Below are positions 8,744-19,000 of a stretch of DNA of 64,000 nt, one piece after another. Every line of letters starts with the position of its first letter. Position 1 is the stretch's first letter. A program made the translations under genes and the position numbers. The stretch is from an uncultured delta proteobacterium (lineage in GTDB: Bacteria; Desulfobacterota; Zymogenia; Zymogenales; Zymogenaceae). The DNA is taken from contig CAWKCL010000006.1 in the NCBI GenBank assembly GCA_963848155.1, forward strand, positions 485,160-549,159, given 5' to 3'. The notes under the pieces were generated by a model, which made no database searches, was not told the DNA's origin, and worked only from the letters and a program-made list of their open reading frames with translations.

Positions 8744-10714
8744 TCAGGTTTCCTTTTCCCCGGTAAGCTCGTATATCCTGACGGTTTCTTCCTTTCCCTT
8801 TACGCGCACGGAGCCCAGGTCTTTGACCACAAACCCCGGTGCCTCGGCAAGGGTAAACTCGCTGATGATGATGGTTGTGCCGAATTCTTTGTTCATTGAC
8901 TCCAGCCGCGATGCGAGATTGACGCTGTCCCCGATAACGGTATAGTCCATCCGGCGCTCCGATCCAATATTACCGACGACGACCTCGCCCGTGTTAATGC
9001 CGATGCCGATCTTCATGGGCGGTATCCCTTCAGACGCGAGATGCTCGTTGACAGCCTCGAGCTGCTGCTGCATTCCGAGGGCGCAGAGGCACGCCTTGCG
9101 GGCATGGTCGGGATCGTCCTTGGGCGCCCCGAAGAACGCCATGATGGCGTCGCCGACGTATTTATCCAGGGTGCCGTCGTTTTGAAAGACCACCTCCACC
9201 ATCGCCTTGAAATAGATGTTCAATCTCCGCACGACTTCTTCCGGGGCCAGCTTCTCGCTCATGCTGGTAAACCCGCGAATATCGGAAAAGAGAATGGAGA
9301 TATCCCTGCGGTCCCCGGTATCCAGTTTCAGGTCGTCAATGTTTTTGCTGATCTCGTCGACCACCTGGGGCGAGACGTACTTCGCGAAGGCCTCCCTGAA
9401 CTTTCGTTTGGCCCGCCCCTCGGTCACGTAGTTAAAGACAAGCGCCGACACGAACGATAGCAGGAGGGCCGACGCCGGCGCCACAAATTCGACCATGATC
9501 CGCCCGAAGACGAACAGGAGGACCACGGCGGCGGTGAACAAGACCAGGAGTGCCAGCGTCGAGCCGATACCGATCCAGGCCGAGCCGAGCCTGACGGAAA
9601 TGAGGGCGACCACCAGGGAAATCGCCAGGATCACCAGTATCGTCCCGTACCGGCCGACGGTTTTGACGTGATCGGCGTTGAGGATATTATCTATTGCCGT
9701 CGCGTTGAGCTCAACCCCCGGATAGACGGGGGAAAAGGGGGTCGCCCTCAAGTCGTACAGCGAGATCGCGGTCGTCCCTACAAGCACGATCTTATCCGCA
9801 AAGGTCTCCGGCGAAATCCTCGGGGCATCACCCCGGCTGATTGCCGCCATCGATTCGATTATGTCGCCGATGGAGTAATAGTCGTAGGTATGATAGGGGC
9901 CGTGCCAGTTGAGGAGCACTCTTCCGTCATCGAGCAGCGGCACCCGAATCGGCCCGGCGGTCAGGGTGTTATCCTTTGAGATAGTGACCTTCTCTTCCTT
10001 CAGGTCAACCCCCAGATAGCGGGCCGCCGAAACGAGCGCGAGCGACGGGTAGTAGTGATCCTGGTACCGGAAGAGGGGGTACGACGCCCGGGAGGGGCCG
10101 TCGGGATCGGCCACGAAGTTAATACACCCGGCGGCCGCCGACGAGGTAAAGAGCCCCAGATAGGCAAGCGTTGCGGAATGGTATTGTTCAAAAGCAACTG
10201 TGCCGTCATTGACGACGCCGACCGAGAAATGCTCGGAAAGATATCCTTTCTTGAGAAGCGTCTCGTAGGTATCGTCATCGGATTGAGGGGATAAAGAGAA
10301 GACCATGGACGTAATTACCCGTCCCGATTCGGAAGCCGCCCGGACAAACTCGGCGTCGGAGGCGGGATTTTCGAGGTCAGGCTCGGCAAAGAGCATATCG
10401 AAGGCGACGATACGCGCGCCGCCGGCGGTCAGATAACCGGTGAGAGCGGCGAAAACTTCCCGCGGCCAGGGCCACGTCCCCAGGTACTCCCGATAGAAAT
10501 TGAGGCTCGCCTCATCGACGGCGATAATGACGATCCTCCCGTCGTGACTCGGATCGGCAAACAACCGAAACCGTACGTCTCCCGTTTTATTTTCGAGAGA
10601 TGTAAAGACGCCCGTAATAAAGAGAAGGCTGACACAGAAGAAGACCGATAATCCGATAATTACGCCGATCAGGAATTTGAAGAAAAGGGGATATCGTTTC
10701 TTGCCGCTCTTCAT
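8744..10714 (-). CDS. CHASE2 sensor-domain adenylate/guanylate cyclase
   Basis: N-terminal TM plus CHASE2-like extracytoplasmic region, then three TM segments and a class III cyclase domain (ILFSDIRGFTSMSE...FFGAP...GINTGEVVVGNIG...IGDSVNLASRLE). Confidence 0.8.
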   Translation of the reverse strand: MKSGKKRYPLFFKFLIGVIIGLSVFFCVSLLFITGVFTSLENKTGDVRFRLFADPSHDGRIVIIAVDEASLNFYREYLGTWPWPREVFAALTGYLTAGGARIVAFDMLFAEPDLENPASDAEFVRAASESGRVITSMVFSLSPQSDDDTYETLLKKGYLSEHFSVGVVNDGTVAFEQYHSATLAYLGLFTSSAAAGCINFVADPDGPSRASYPLFRYQDHYYPSLALVSAARYLGVDLKEEKVTISKDNTLTAGPIRVPLLDDGRVLLNWHGPYHTYDYYSIGDIIESMAAISRGDAPRISPETFADKIVLVGTTAISLYDLRATPFSPVYPGVELNATAIDNILNADHVKTVGRYGTILVILAISLVVALISVRLGSAWIGIGSTLALLVLFTAAVVLLFVFGRIMVEFVAPASALLLSFVSALVFNYVTEGRAKRKFREAFAKYVSPQVVDEISKNIDDLKLDTGDRRDISILFSDIRGFTSMSEKLAPEEVVRRLNIYFKAMVEVVFQNDGTLDKYVGDAIMAFFGAPKDDPDHARKACLCALGMQQQLEAVNEHLASEGIPPMKIGIGINTGEVVVGNIGSERRMDYTVIGDSVNLASRLESMNKEFGTTIIISEFTLAEAPGFVVKDLGSVRVKGKEETVRIYELTGEKET

Positions 10715-10875
10715 AGTATATACATACCAGTAAATACTATGAGAGGCAATAGTTTTTAGGATTCGTCCGGAATCTCGACAGGCTGTATCCCACGTACAAT
10801 TGACAAAGCATGGAGCAGGTGGTATAGTTCCGATTATTTATTTATTGCCGTACTATACGGCCCATCTCACGTACA

Positions 10876-12477
10876 ATGCCTCTCAGAAACACTTCTCTTA
10901 AGCGCGGAACATCGGACCAGCCGGGCGATCCATCGTCTATCGCTCGATATCGCATCATCCTGTTCGTAATCCTCGGTACCTCAATCGGACTGAGGGTAAT
11001 ACGGCTCTTCCGTACGATCGTTGTTTCCCCGGATAGTCCCGGCTATATTCGCGACGCGCTTTCGATCGGCACCGATGGATTGCGCAGCCTGTTCCTTGAC
11101 GGTTTCTACGGAAATTTCTCGATATACCCCATTTTCCTGTATCTCGTTAATCTACTCGTGCAAAACCCCATCCTGTCGGGCCAGCTGGTTTCGCTTTTCT
11201 TCGGCTGTCTCCTTATTGTTCCGATATACTTCCTCGTTACGGAAACCATGGGCCCCCGGGCGGGATTATGTGCCGCATTTCTGGCGGCTATACACCCGTA
11301 CCTGATCAAGTATTCGGCCGATGTCCTGAAAGACTCCATGCTCTTTTTCTTTGCGGTAACGTCGTTTGCCCTTGCCCTGAGAGGTCACGAGAACAGGAGG
11401 TATCTGCTGGCCTTTCTTGCGGGCGTCGCCGCATGGACGACGAGTCTGGTGAGGATTTACGGAATAGTCGTTGTCGTATCGATATCCGTGGCGATCATCA
11501 TTATGGGGCTCGTCGACCGGCGAAAATGGCACGAGACTGCCCGGGAGCTGGTGCTGTTTGCACTTCCCGTGCCGGTTCTGGGGTATCTCCTTTTTCTGTT
11601 GTATGTCGGTCCCGGCAGGGAATATATTACCGAGACCGTGTTATACCTTTCCTGGACGGCCTCGCATAAGTTCTTGATGGTTGGGTCGTATGCGGATATC
11701 CTGATGGCGAATAATCCGGGCATGGACCCATATTACCTGAAGATGATCACCTCCTATCCCTGGCTCTCGGCAGTCCGCACGTTTCTTGACGTCCTGGTTA
11801 CCGCATCCTCCGGTGTTATTACCCTTCTTTTTTTAGTCGGCGTCTATCTCGGCCGCTCGTCCCTGATAAAACGGGGACCCGGCCTGTTTGTGCTGACGTG
11901 CGCGGCGGTACTGGCCTTCATTGACGTCTTTATTGTTATGAACCTCTTTTTCCTTTCCAAGCGCCACGCCATGATACTGGTATTCCTTCTCCTGCCCTGG
12001 TCTGCCCTTGCGCTGGATCGAATCATCGTATGGTGTCAGGAGCGGGCGCACAGAAAATATAAAATGAAACCGGCGTCTTTCGGCTTGCTACTATCGGTCT
12101 TCTTCATAGCCTCGGTAATCCTCACCCTTATCTTTACGTCGTTTCTGGATCCCGAGCTCGATAAGCGCTACTATAAGAGGGCGGCCGGGGAGTATATCAA
12201 GGCTCTGGGGCAACCCAACCCGATACTCGTTATCCCGCCGTCGGACAGGCTTACCGTTTTTTATTCCGGCGGCAGGGAAATAATCTACCATGATCCCGCC
12301 GCGCTCGAAAAAACCATTGCGCGGGAAAAACCGGATTATATCCTGTGGGATACCGATTCGGGGCCGCTGCCGGAGCCGATCATGGCCCTCACGGCGGGCG
12401 GAGTCATCGAGGAGATTCAGACGATACGGGGCAGTGAGGACAATTCTATCGTGATCTATCGGATAAAGGCGGACTGA
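10876..12477 (+). CDS. Polytopic membrane glycosyltransferase, GT39/ArnT/PMT-like
   Basis: 533 aa, about 11 predicted TM helices with an N-terminal loop typical of GT-C family 39 enzymes. The C-terminal soluble domain has no recognisable family. Confidence 0.5.
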   Translation: MPLRNTSLKRGTSDQPGDPSSIARYRIILFVILGTSIGLRVIRLFRTIVVSPDSPGYIRDALSIGTDGLRSLFLDGFYGNFSIYPIFLYLVNLLVQNPILSGQLVSLFFGCLLIVPIYFLVTETMGPRAGLCAAFLAAIHPYLIKYSADVLKDSMLFFFAVTSFALALRGHENRRYLLAFLAGVAAWTTSLVRIYGIVVVVSISVAIIIMGLVDRRKWHETARELVLFALPVPVLGYLLFLLYVGPGREYITETVLYLSWTASHKFLMVGSYADILMANNPGMDPYYLKMITSYPWLSAVRTFLDVLVTASSGVITLLFLVGVYLGRSSLIKRGPGLFVLTCAAVLAFIDVFIVMNLFFLSKRHAMILVFLLLPWSALALDRIIVWCQERAHRKYKMKPASFGLLLSVFFIASVILTLIFTSFLDPELDKRYYKRAAGEYIKALGQPNPILVIPPSDRLTVFYSGGREIIYHDPAALEKTIAREKPDYILWDTDSGPLPEPIMALTAGGVIEEIQTIRGSEDNSIVIYRIKAD

Positions 12478-12526
12478 TACCCGGCCGACCGCCCGAAGCC
12501 TGTCGCGTTACCACCGGGAAACAGCG

Positions 12527-13468
12527 TTACGTGAAGGAATCGACGAGCCGATCGACGTCGAGAACCTCGCCCTTTTTGACGTCCCTGGCAAGGGAAACCG
12601 CGCCGTTTTCGCAAACCGCTACGCAGGCCCCGCATCCGTTACACTTCTCGTAGATAAAATCGATCGGCCTTTCAGCAGGGGAATCGGAAAAGACCAGTGC
12701 TCCATAGGGGCAGACCTTCGCGCAACCCCCACACGCGCGGCATTTCGCGTCGTCCCTTTTGGCCGCGTAGCCCGACGGGGCGACTATTCGTTTATCGTCA
12801 AGCCCGCCGATCTGCGAGATGATTCGGAACGCCTCGGCGCCCTTGCAGCAACAGCTGCAGCACGAGCAGAGGACGCCTCCCCGATAACCGGTGGCGTCCT
12901 TGAACCAGAGGTTGAACGAGACGCCCCGCCGGTACTGCGTCTCGATGAGCAGGGCCGCTTCCTGGGAAGTAACCCGCCTTCCGTGCATTCGGGGCATGTG
13001 GGTCGTCACGAAATCGACGCCGGGCTTCCCGAGAAACATGCAGGTATTGAGGGGCTCGCACGCAGGCAGCCCCCGGCCGATGTTTTCCAACCGGCAGGGA
13101 CAATCGACGAGGGCGATGTGATCCCTGTGGTTGAAGATGAGCCTGTTGGCGATGTCAAAGGGTATTATGCGCCTGCTCTCGTCATCGGGGACCAAAAGCT
13201 CCCGGTCCAGCATGACGAGTTTTCGCGCGTTCTCGACGGTAAGGACCTTTGCGTGGTAGTGGTCAACCAGGTAGGCGATCGCCCCGCGCGTGAGCGAAAG
13301 CGAGGGGAAGCGGCGCGTCAGGAACCGCAGGGCGGTAAGCGCCACGGCGACGTAGCGGTCGTACAGGGTATAGTATATATACCCGTGGGCCATGTTGGCG
13401 GCCCGGAGCATGCCCCGCGCCCCTTCGCCCTGCATCTTCCAGAAGTTCCTCGTCGACTCCTTTATCAT
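12527..13468 (-). CDS. Cysteine-rich Fe-S protein with two C-terminal 4Fe-4S ferredoxin motifs
   Basis: CRACGGCAKVCP and CNGCGACVAVCE motifs, plus an upstream CSCCSCCCKG cysteine cluster. Confidence 0.6.
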   Translation of the reverse strand: MIKESTRNFWKMQGEGARGMLRAANMAHGYIYYTLYDRYVAVALTALRFLTRRFPSLSLTRGAIAYLVDHYHAKVLTVENARKLVMLDRELLVPDDESRRIIPFDIANRLIFNHRDHIALVDCPCRLENIGRGLPACEPLNTCMFLGKPGVDFVTTHMPRMHGRRVTSQEAALLIETQYRRGVSFNLWFKDATGYRGGVLCSCCSCCCKGAEAFRIISQIGGLDDKRIVAPSGYAAKRDDAKCRACGGCAKVCPYGALVFSDSPAERPIDFIYEKCNGCGACVAVCENGAVSLARDVKKGEVLDVDRLVDSFT

Positions 13469-13674
13469 ACGGCCCCCTTTTCGGAAAAGCGATACGCGGA
13501 TGACCCGACGGCCGCGCCCCCGGGGCCCGCGGCTTTATACGGAAAAACGGGGTTTGAGTAATCCCTCATAACCCCGTTTCTCGTTACGCCGATATGAGCG
13601 TGTTTGACCCGTTCCGGGCTGATGGCTAATAGGTGGCCGGGACGACGTTGAAAACCACAGAGGTATAGTACTCG

Positions 13675-14235
13675 TTATCGAAAGTAGATGTCCCACCGCC
13701 ATTGCCCGGTAGGGTCCCCCGACGTATTGAATCCCCAGTGGCTCAGGAACGGAGTCGCGGAGGGAGCGGGCGTCAGGACGGTCGTATACTCGGCCCGGCT
13801 TTCTTCGGGGTATGTCCGGTAGCTGCCCTCACTGCCCTCCCAGAGGTTCCAGTTCTGGGGCGGATACGGGAAAAACTCCTCTTCGCGGTACTGGATGGGT
13901 TTCCCCGTCTTGCTGAGATACTCGAAGTAGATGCCGATATACGTTCCGGGAACGTAAGGAACCGTGGTCGTCTCGGTAATACCGGTGTAATCCCCCGCGC
14001 TATCGAGATTCACGATTCCCGCCTTGAGGTTTGATATATCGCAGCAATTGAGCATTCTAATGGCGGGGCCGGGGCCGGGCGCTCCGGGCGTGGTGCCGGG
14101 GATCACCCCGCCGGGGCCGGAATCCGGGGAACCCGGGGCGACGAGCCCGAGCACCTGCCTTATCTGATCACAGCCGGTTGTCAGGACGGTGATCGATACT
14201 AAAAGCGTCACAATGAGAACAACGTTCCTTTTCAT
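13675..14235 (-). CDS. Hypothetical lipoprotein
   Basis: Signal peptide with a lipobox (LVSITVLTTGC). Gly/Pro-rich linker. No recognisable domain. Confidence 0.5.
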   Translation of the reverse strand: MKRNVVLIVTLLVSITVLTTGCDQIRQVLGLVAPGSPDSGPGGVIPGTTPGAPGPGPAIRMLNCCDISNLKAGIVNLDSAGDYTGITETTTVPYVPGTYIGIYFEYLSKTGKPIQYREEEFFPYPPQNWNLWEGSEGSYRTYPEESRAEYTTVLTPAPSATPFLSHWGFNTSGDPTGQWRWDIYFR

Positions 14236-14357
14236 TCCAAAACCCTTTCGTAGTTCGAGTAAAACTGTATTCTGCCGATATAGTAATAAAATCCGTAATG
14301 TTTGTCAAGTATAACGGCCCCGGCCCACCGCCCGTACGGGATTATCGCGTACCTCCC

Positions 14358-14960
14358 TTACGCGCGTGCGCCGCGGCCTCTCCCTCTATCATCGGCCGCA
14401 CCGCCTCGTAGGCCAGCACGTATCCCCAGCGATTCCTTCTGCCGGTCGGTCCGGTCAAACAGGAGCGCGTCTATGTCTCCCGGAGCCGATATTGCGGGGC
14501 GCGCCCCCGAAAGCCCCCGCCGGAGGACCTCGATCTCGCCTGCATGATAGACCGCCAGGCCCTCCGCGAGCCACGCCGGCATGTCGGCCCCGTAGCGCCT
14601 GACCAGGAAAACGAGGCATACCTCGTGGCGGATCGTCGTGTCCAGCACGCCGCGGGCCGCGAGTACCGACGACGGGCTGCATGTAGATCGCCCCGTCTAT
14701 CGTCGCCGCGGCCGACCACACGGCAAGCCCCGTCTCTGCGGTGAAATCGCCCGTCTCGGCAAAGATCACCACGTCTATCGGCCGCGTATCGATTGTCCCC
14801 AGCGCCTGTTCCATCGTCCCGTAGGCCGCCTCGAAGACCGCGGCCGCGCCGCGGATTCGTGCCGCGGACGTTTTTTCGCCGAACCTGATCGCGAAGTGCC
14901 TGGTCTCGATCAGGGAAAAATCGAGCGCGGGCGCCTGCGGCGCCGCTGCAAGAATTGCGA
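14358..14960 (-). CDS. Hypothetical secreted protein, frameshifted in this assembly
   Basis: Signal-peptide-like N-terminus (IRIAALLAILAAAPQAPA...). The protein continues in a second frame (...TTIRHEVCLVFLVRRYGADMPAWLAEGLAVYHAG...). The frameshift is near 14650–14690. Confidence 0.4.
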
Positions 14961-14984
14961 GAAGTGCTGCGATCCGGATTCCCC

Positions 14985-15989
14985 TCACGGGTTCGCCCCT
15001 TCCTCGAAATAGGCCCGGAATACCTCGCGGGCCACCGGCGCCGCGTCCTCCCCGCCCATTCCCCGGTAGAGGAAAACGACAACGGCGATCTCGGGCGCCT
15101 CGGCGGGGGCAAATCCGAGAAACCAGCCGTGCGTCTCCCACGGTACCCCCAGGAGCGTCCCCGTGCCGGTCTTGCCCATGACCTCATGGCCTTCCACCGC
15201 CGCCATGGTCGCGGTGCCGTAGCGGACCGCATCGCGCATTCCCTTGACGATGACGGGGGCGGCCCGCGATGCGTCTATCCTGCGCGCGAGCCGCGGGCTG
15301 AATGACGCGATCTCGCCGGCCGAACCGGTCACCGCCGGGACCCACACGCTGCCGCCGTTTACCAGGGCGGAGAGGTACGTGATCACCTGCAGGGGAGTGG
15401 CCGTAACGGCGTCGGTGTTTCCGATGAGGTAGTCGCGGCCGGGTCCGCCGGGCGGCGAAACCCTCCCCGCTGCCTCGCCGGGGAGGTTGACCCCGGTCTT
15501 CTTTCCAAAGCCGAGCTCCACGAGGCCGCGGTAGGTAGTATCGGCCGATACCGTGTCGCCCAGGGAAAGAAAATAGAGGTTGCAGGAATAGGCGATCCCG
15601 TGGACGAGGTCGAGATCCCCGTGGCCCGGCGGATACCAGCACGGGTATTCGATCCCCGAAAAGCGGGCGCTCCCCGTGCAGACGAACCTTTTCCCGGGGG
15701 AAAGGGTTCCCTCCTCTATCGCCTTCCAGGCGGTCACCAGCTTAACGAGGGACCCCGGGGGGAATGCCCACCCGGCCGCCGTTTCTTCCCCCGTCATTGC
15801 CCTGATCCTGCCCGTCCCCACGTCCATGACCACCACGGCCCCGGGTCGTCCGTCCATGGCGTCGATTGCGGCCTCCCTGAGGCGGGAGTCTTTTTCAAGC
15901 GTCGCCTCCGGTGACGGGGAGCAGGAGACCACCGCGATAAAAAGGGCGGCGGCCCCCCAGGGGCCGAGCCGCCGATGAAGAAATCTCAT
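14985..15989 (-). CDS. Penicillin-binding protein, transpeptidase domain only
   Basis: SxxK (SLVK), SxN (SCN) and KTG (KTGTG) motifs in canonical order. Signal peptide present. No glycosyltransferase domain. Confidence 0.75.
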   Translation of the reverse strand: MRFLHRRLGPWGAAALFIAVVSCSPSPEATLEKDSRLREAAIDAMDGRPGAVVVMDVGTGRIRAMTGEETAAGWAFPPGSLVKLVTAWKAIEEGTLSPGKRFVCTGSARFSGIEYPCWYPPGHGDLDLVHGIAYSCNLYFLSLGDTVSADTTYRGLVELGFGKKTGVNLPGEAAGRVSPPGGPGRDYLIGNTDAVTATPLQVITYLSALVNGGSVWVPAVTGSAGEIASFSPRLARRIDASRAAPVIVKGMRDAVRYGTATMAAVEGHEVMGKTGTGTLLGVPWETHGWFLGFAPAEAPEIAVVVFLYRGMGGEDAAPVAREVFRAYFEEGANP

Positions 15990-16003
15990 CTATCCCCCAT
16001 CGC

Positions 16004-19000
16004 TCACTTCGTATCGGTAATGACGATGGTCGCGCTCTCCGTGCGTCCCGACCGGTCGGGGAAGTACATCAGGTATGCCTCGGCGGGCATCACGCCGTAG
16101 GTGCCGGGGTTTTGCGCCCTCAGGATGTATTTAAAGACCTTCGTCCCTTTACCGAAGTATTCCATCGAGAGGGCAATCCGCTCGTCGCGGTACTCCTTGC
16201 CCGCGTACCACCAGTAGGCGTCGCCCGTGTAGAGATCGTCGCCGGAGATAACGTAGTTCGCATCGTCCGTGACGGCCTCGCACCCGGCCGGGAAGTAATC
16301 TTCCAGCAGGAAGTATTTCACCGTCCTTGTCGTTGGTGACGGTCAGCTCCACGAGGATCTCGTCCCCGCTCGTGACGGGGCCGGCCAGCGGCACCTTGGC
16401 GTAAATCAGCTCGCCCTTCTTCGCCACCCGCTTGAGGAGGTAATATTTTCGTTTCACCTCGAATCCGTCGTTCTTGGGATCGATGCGGTCGGCCGCGGTG
16501 TAGTAGGTAAAGGCCGACGAATAGTAGAGGCTGCCCGGCCCGTCCTTCTTGATCTCGATCGTGTTCGTCCCGGTCTTCAGGTCGGCCTCCTTGATGGTGA
16601 TCGACCCCGCTTCCGAGATCATCGTGTCCTTGGTGATCTTGCTCTTCTTGATCTCCTTGCCGTTGAGGGTAACGGTCAGGGTGTAGTTCGGCGAGGTCTC
16701 TCCCGTCCGGGTAAGGTAATCGGTCAGTGCGTAGATGATCTTCCCGGTGACCTTGGTTGACCGCCAGTAGCTGCCCGTTCGGTTGACGATGAGCCAGCGG
16801 ATCGTCTTGGGGATCAAGCGGGTTGTCTATGTCGCGCTTGGCCATGACCCGGAGCATGTAGGCGGTCGTCTCGAGCGGATCGGCCTCCCAATCCCACCAG
16901 TAGAATTGCTCGCCGGTGTATCCCCAGTGGACCATTCCGTTGGACTCGATCTTTTCCTTCATCAGCTCATCGTAGAGGACCTTCGCCTTGCCCTCGACAC
17001 CCTTGTTCTCGTAGGCCAAAAGCAGCATCGCCTTGGAAATCGAGGTGAGCTTGGCCCGTTTCTCAAACATTTCGTCGAGCCAGGTCAGCTTGAGCTTATC
17101 GGTGTGCGAGAGGACGTACAGGGCATAGACCCTGACCGAGTCCTCCTTTATCGAGGGAAGCTGGGTGATGAGCGAGGCCGTCCCGCGCTTGATTACCCCC
17201 TCGTCGACCGTGATGGGGATACCCGCCTCCGGCAGCATCCGTTTTGCCTCCAGGAGGCCGTACAGGACGTAGGCCGTCATATAGGGGTCGGTCTCGTCGA
17301 ACTCATACCACCCCCAGCCGTTGTCGTCGTGCTGGCGTTTATACAGCACCATGAGCCCGCTGTTGATGTAGTCGGGGAGGTCCTTCTCGATGCTCTTTTC
17401 GCTCAGATCAAGCTTCTTCAAGTACCGAACCGACCATGATTGATGGCAAGAACCTTGCCATTACCTGCTCGTTTCAGCCATATGGGTAGCCGACCAGAAA
17501 TGGTATGGCGGCAAGCATCGTATTGGCGAGCGTGGGGCTCGTCGTCAGTACAAGCTCGGCGGCGTTCTTTATCGTGGAGGCCGGCTTATCCACCTTAACG
17601 GTGATCGTGCCCGATTCCTTGATGATCTCGCCCACCTCGCTCCTCGTTTCCCTGACGCCCATCGGCAGCACGGGTATCGTCAGCTCCATCCCGTCGGAGA
17701 CCTCGTTGGTCATCGCCTTGGCCGTGAGGGTCGCGTCCCCGACGAGATCGGCCCTGACGTGCCAGTCAATCCGTTTTTCGCCGTTTTTCGGGACGATTGC
17801 GTCGACCGGTTTGCCGGATATGAGCGTGAGCCCCTTGGCCTCGAAGGTGAAGCGCACGTTCTTGTCGGTGGAGAGATAATTATGGGCGATCGTGGAGATC
17901 ACCAGGTCGTCTCCCTGGCGGAAGAACCGGGGCGACTCTATCCTGACCAGCAGGTCCTTCCTGCTGATGACGGTGTAGGTCACCTGGCCCATCAATCGCC
18001 GCCGGTCACCCCCCGCACCGTCGCCCGCCAGCGCGTCAGGTTATCCGGAAAATTCACGCTGATCGTGGCCGTGCCGTTCCTGTCGGTGGTGATGGTGGGT
18101 GACCAGTACATCGTATCCTTGAAATCCTTTCGGATCACCGGCTCCACGAGGCTGTCTCCCTTGAAGTCGGCAAGCTTCGTCTCACTTTTCGGGGAGCGCC
18201 GCCAAGAGCCCCTTGCGGTGGGAATACCCGTAGAAGCGGAAGTAGAGCGACGAGGAGGTATCCACCGAATGGTAGCGGAGGCTATAGAAATACTTCTGTA
18301 TCTCGTCGACCAGCTCCGGCGAGATGGCGTAGATCGCGTCGTCCACGATGCCCAGCGAGACCTCCGCGGTCACGGGCTTGCCCTTGTCGTCGGTCGTCTT
18401 GATGGTGAAGGTCCCCTTTTCCTGGGGCTCGTATACCGCCTTGTTGGAGGTAACCTCGATGGTGACGAATTTTTCGGTCGGCGGGATGATGATGTTCTTA
18501 TTCTCGGTGTAGAGCTCATCGTTAAAGATCGCCGAGACCGAGATGTAGATGTTCGGCGCGTACTGCTCCTTTATGGGCAGATCGATCATCGTCGAGCCGC
18601 CGGCGATCTTTACGACCCTGCTGTCGTAGATCGCCTCCCCCTCGGTGGTGACCAGGAGATAGGTATCGGTCACCGGGGCGGCTATCAGGATATGGGCCGT
18701 ATCGCCGACGGCATAGGTCTCCTTGTCGGGGACGATCGAAACACCGCCCCCCGATTCCCCCCCGTAGGCGTATCCTCGGTGATCGAGTAGGAGCTGTCCC
18801 TGGCGGGGTGCTGTTTCCCGCCTTATCGAAGACCGTGGCCACAAAGTTGATATCACCCACGCCCCTCACGGGATATTCGATAACGGCGTCGCCCGCGGCG
18901 TTGGTGGTCCCGGTAAGGGTCATCGAGGAGGGGGCGGCATTGGTCCTTCCAGCCGGTCACCGTAGCGATTAGCGTCACCGGCACGCCGGCGATCCCGTTG

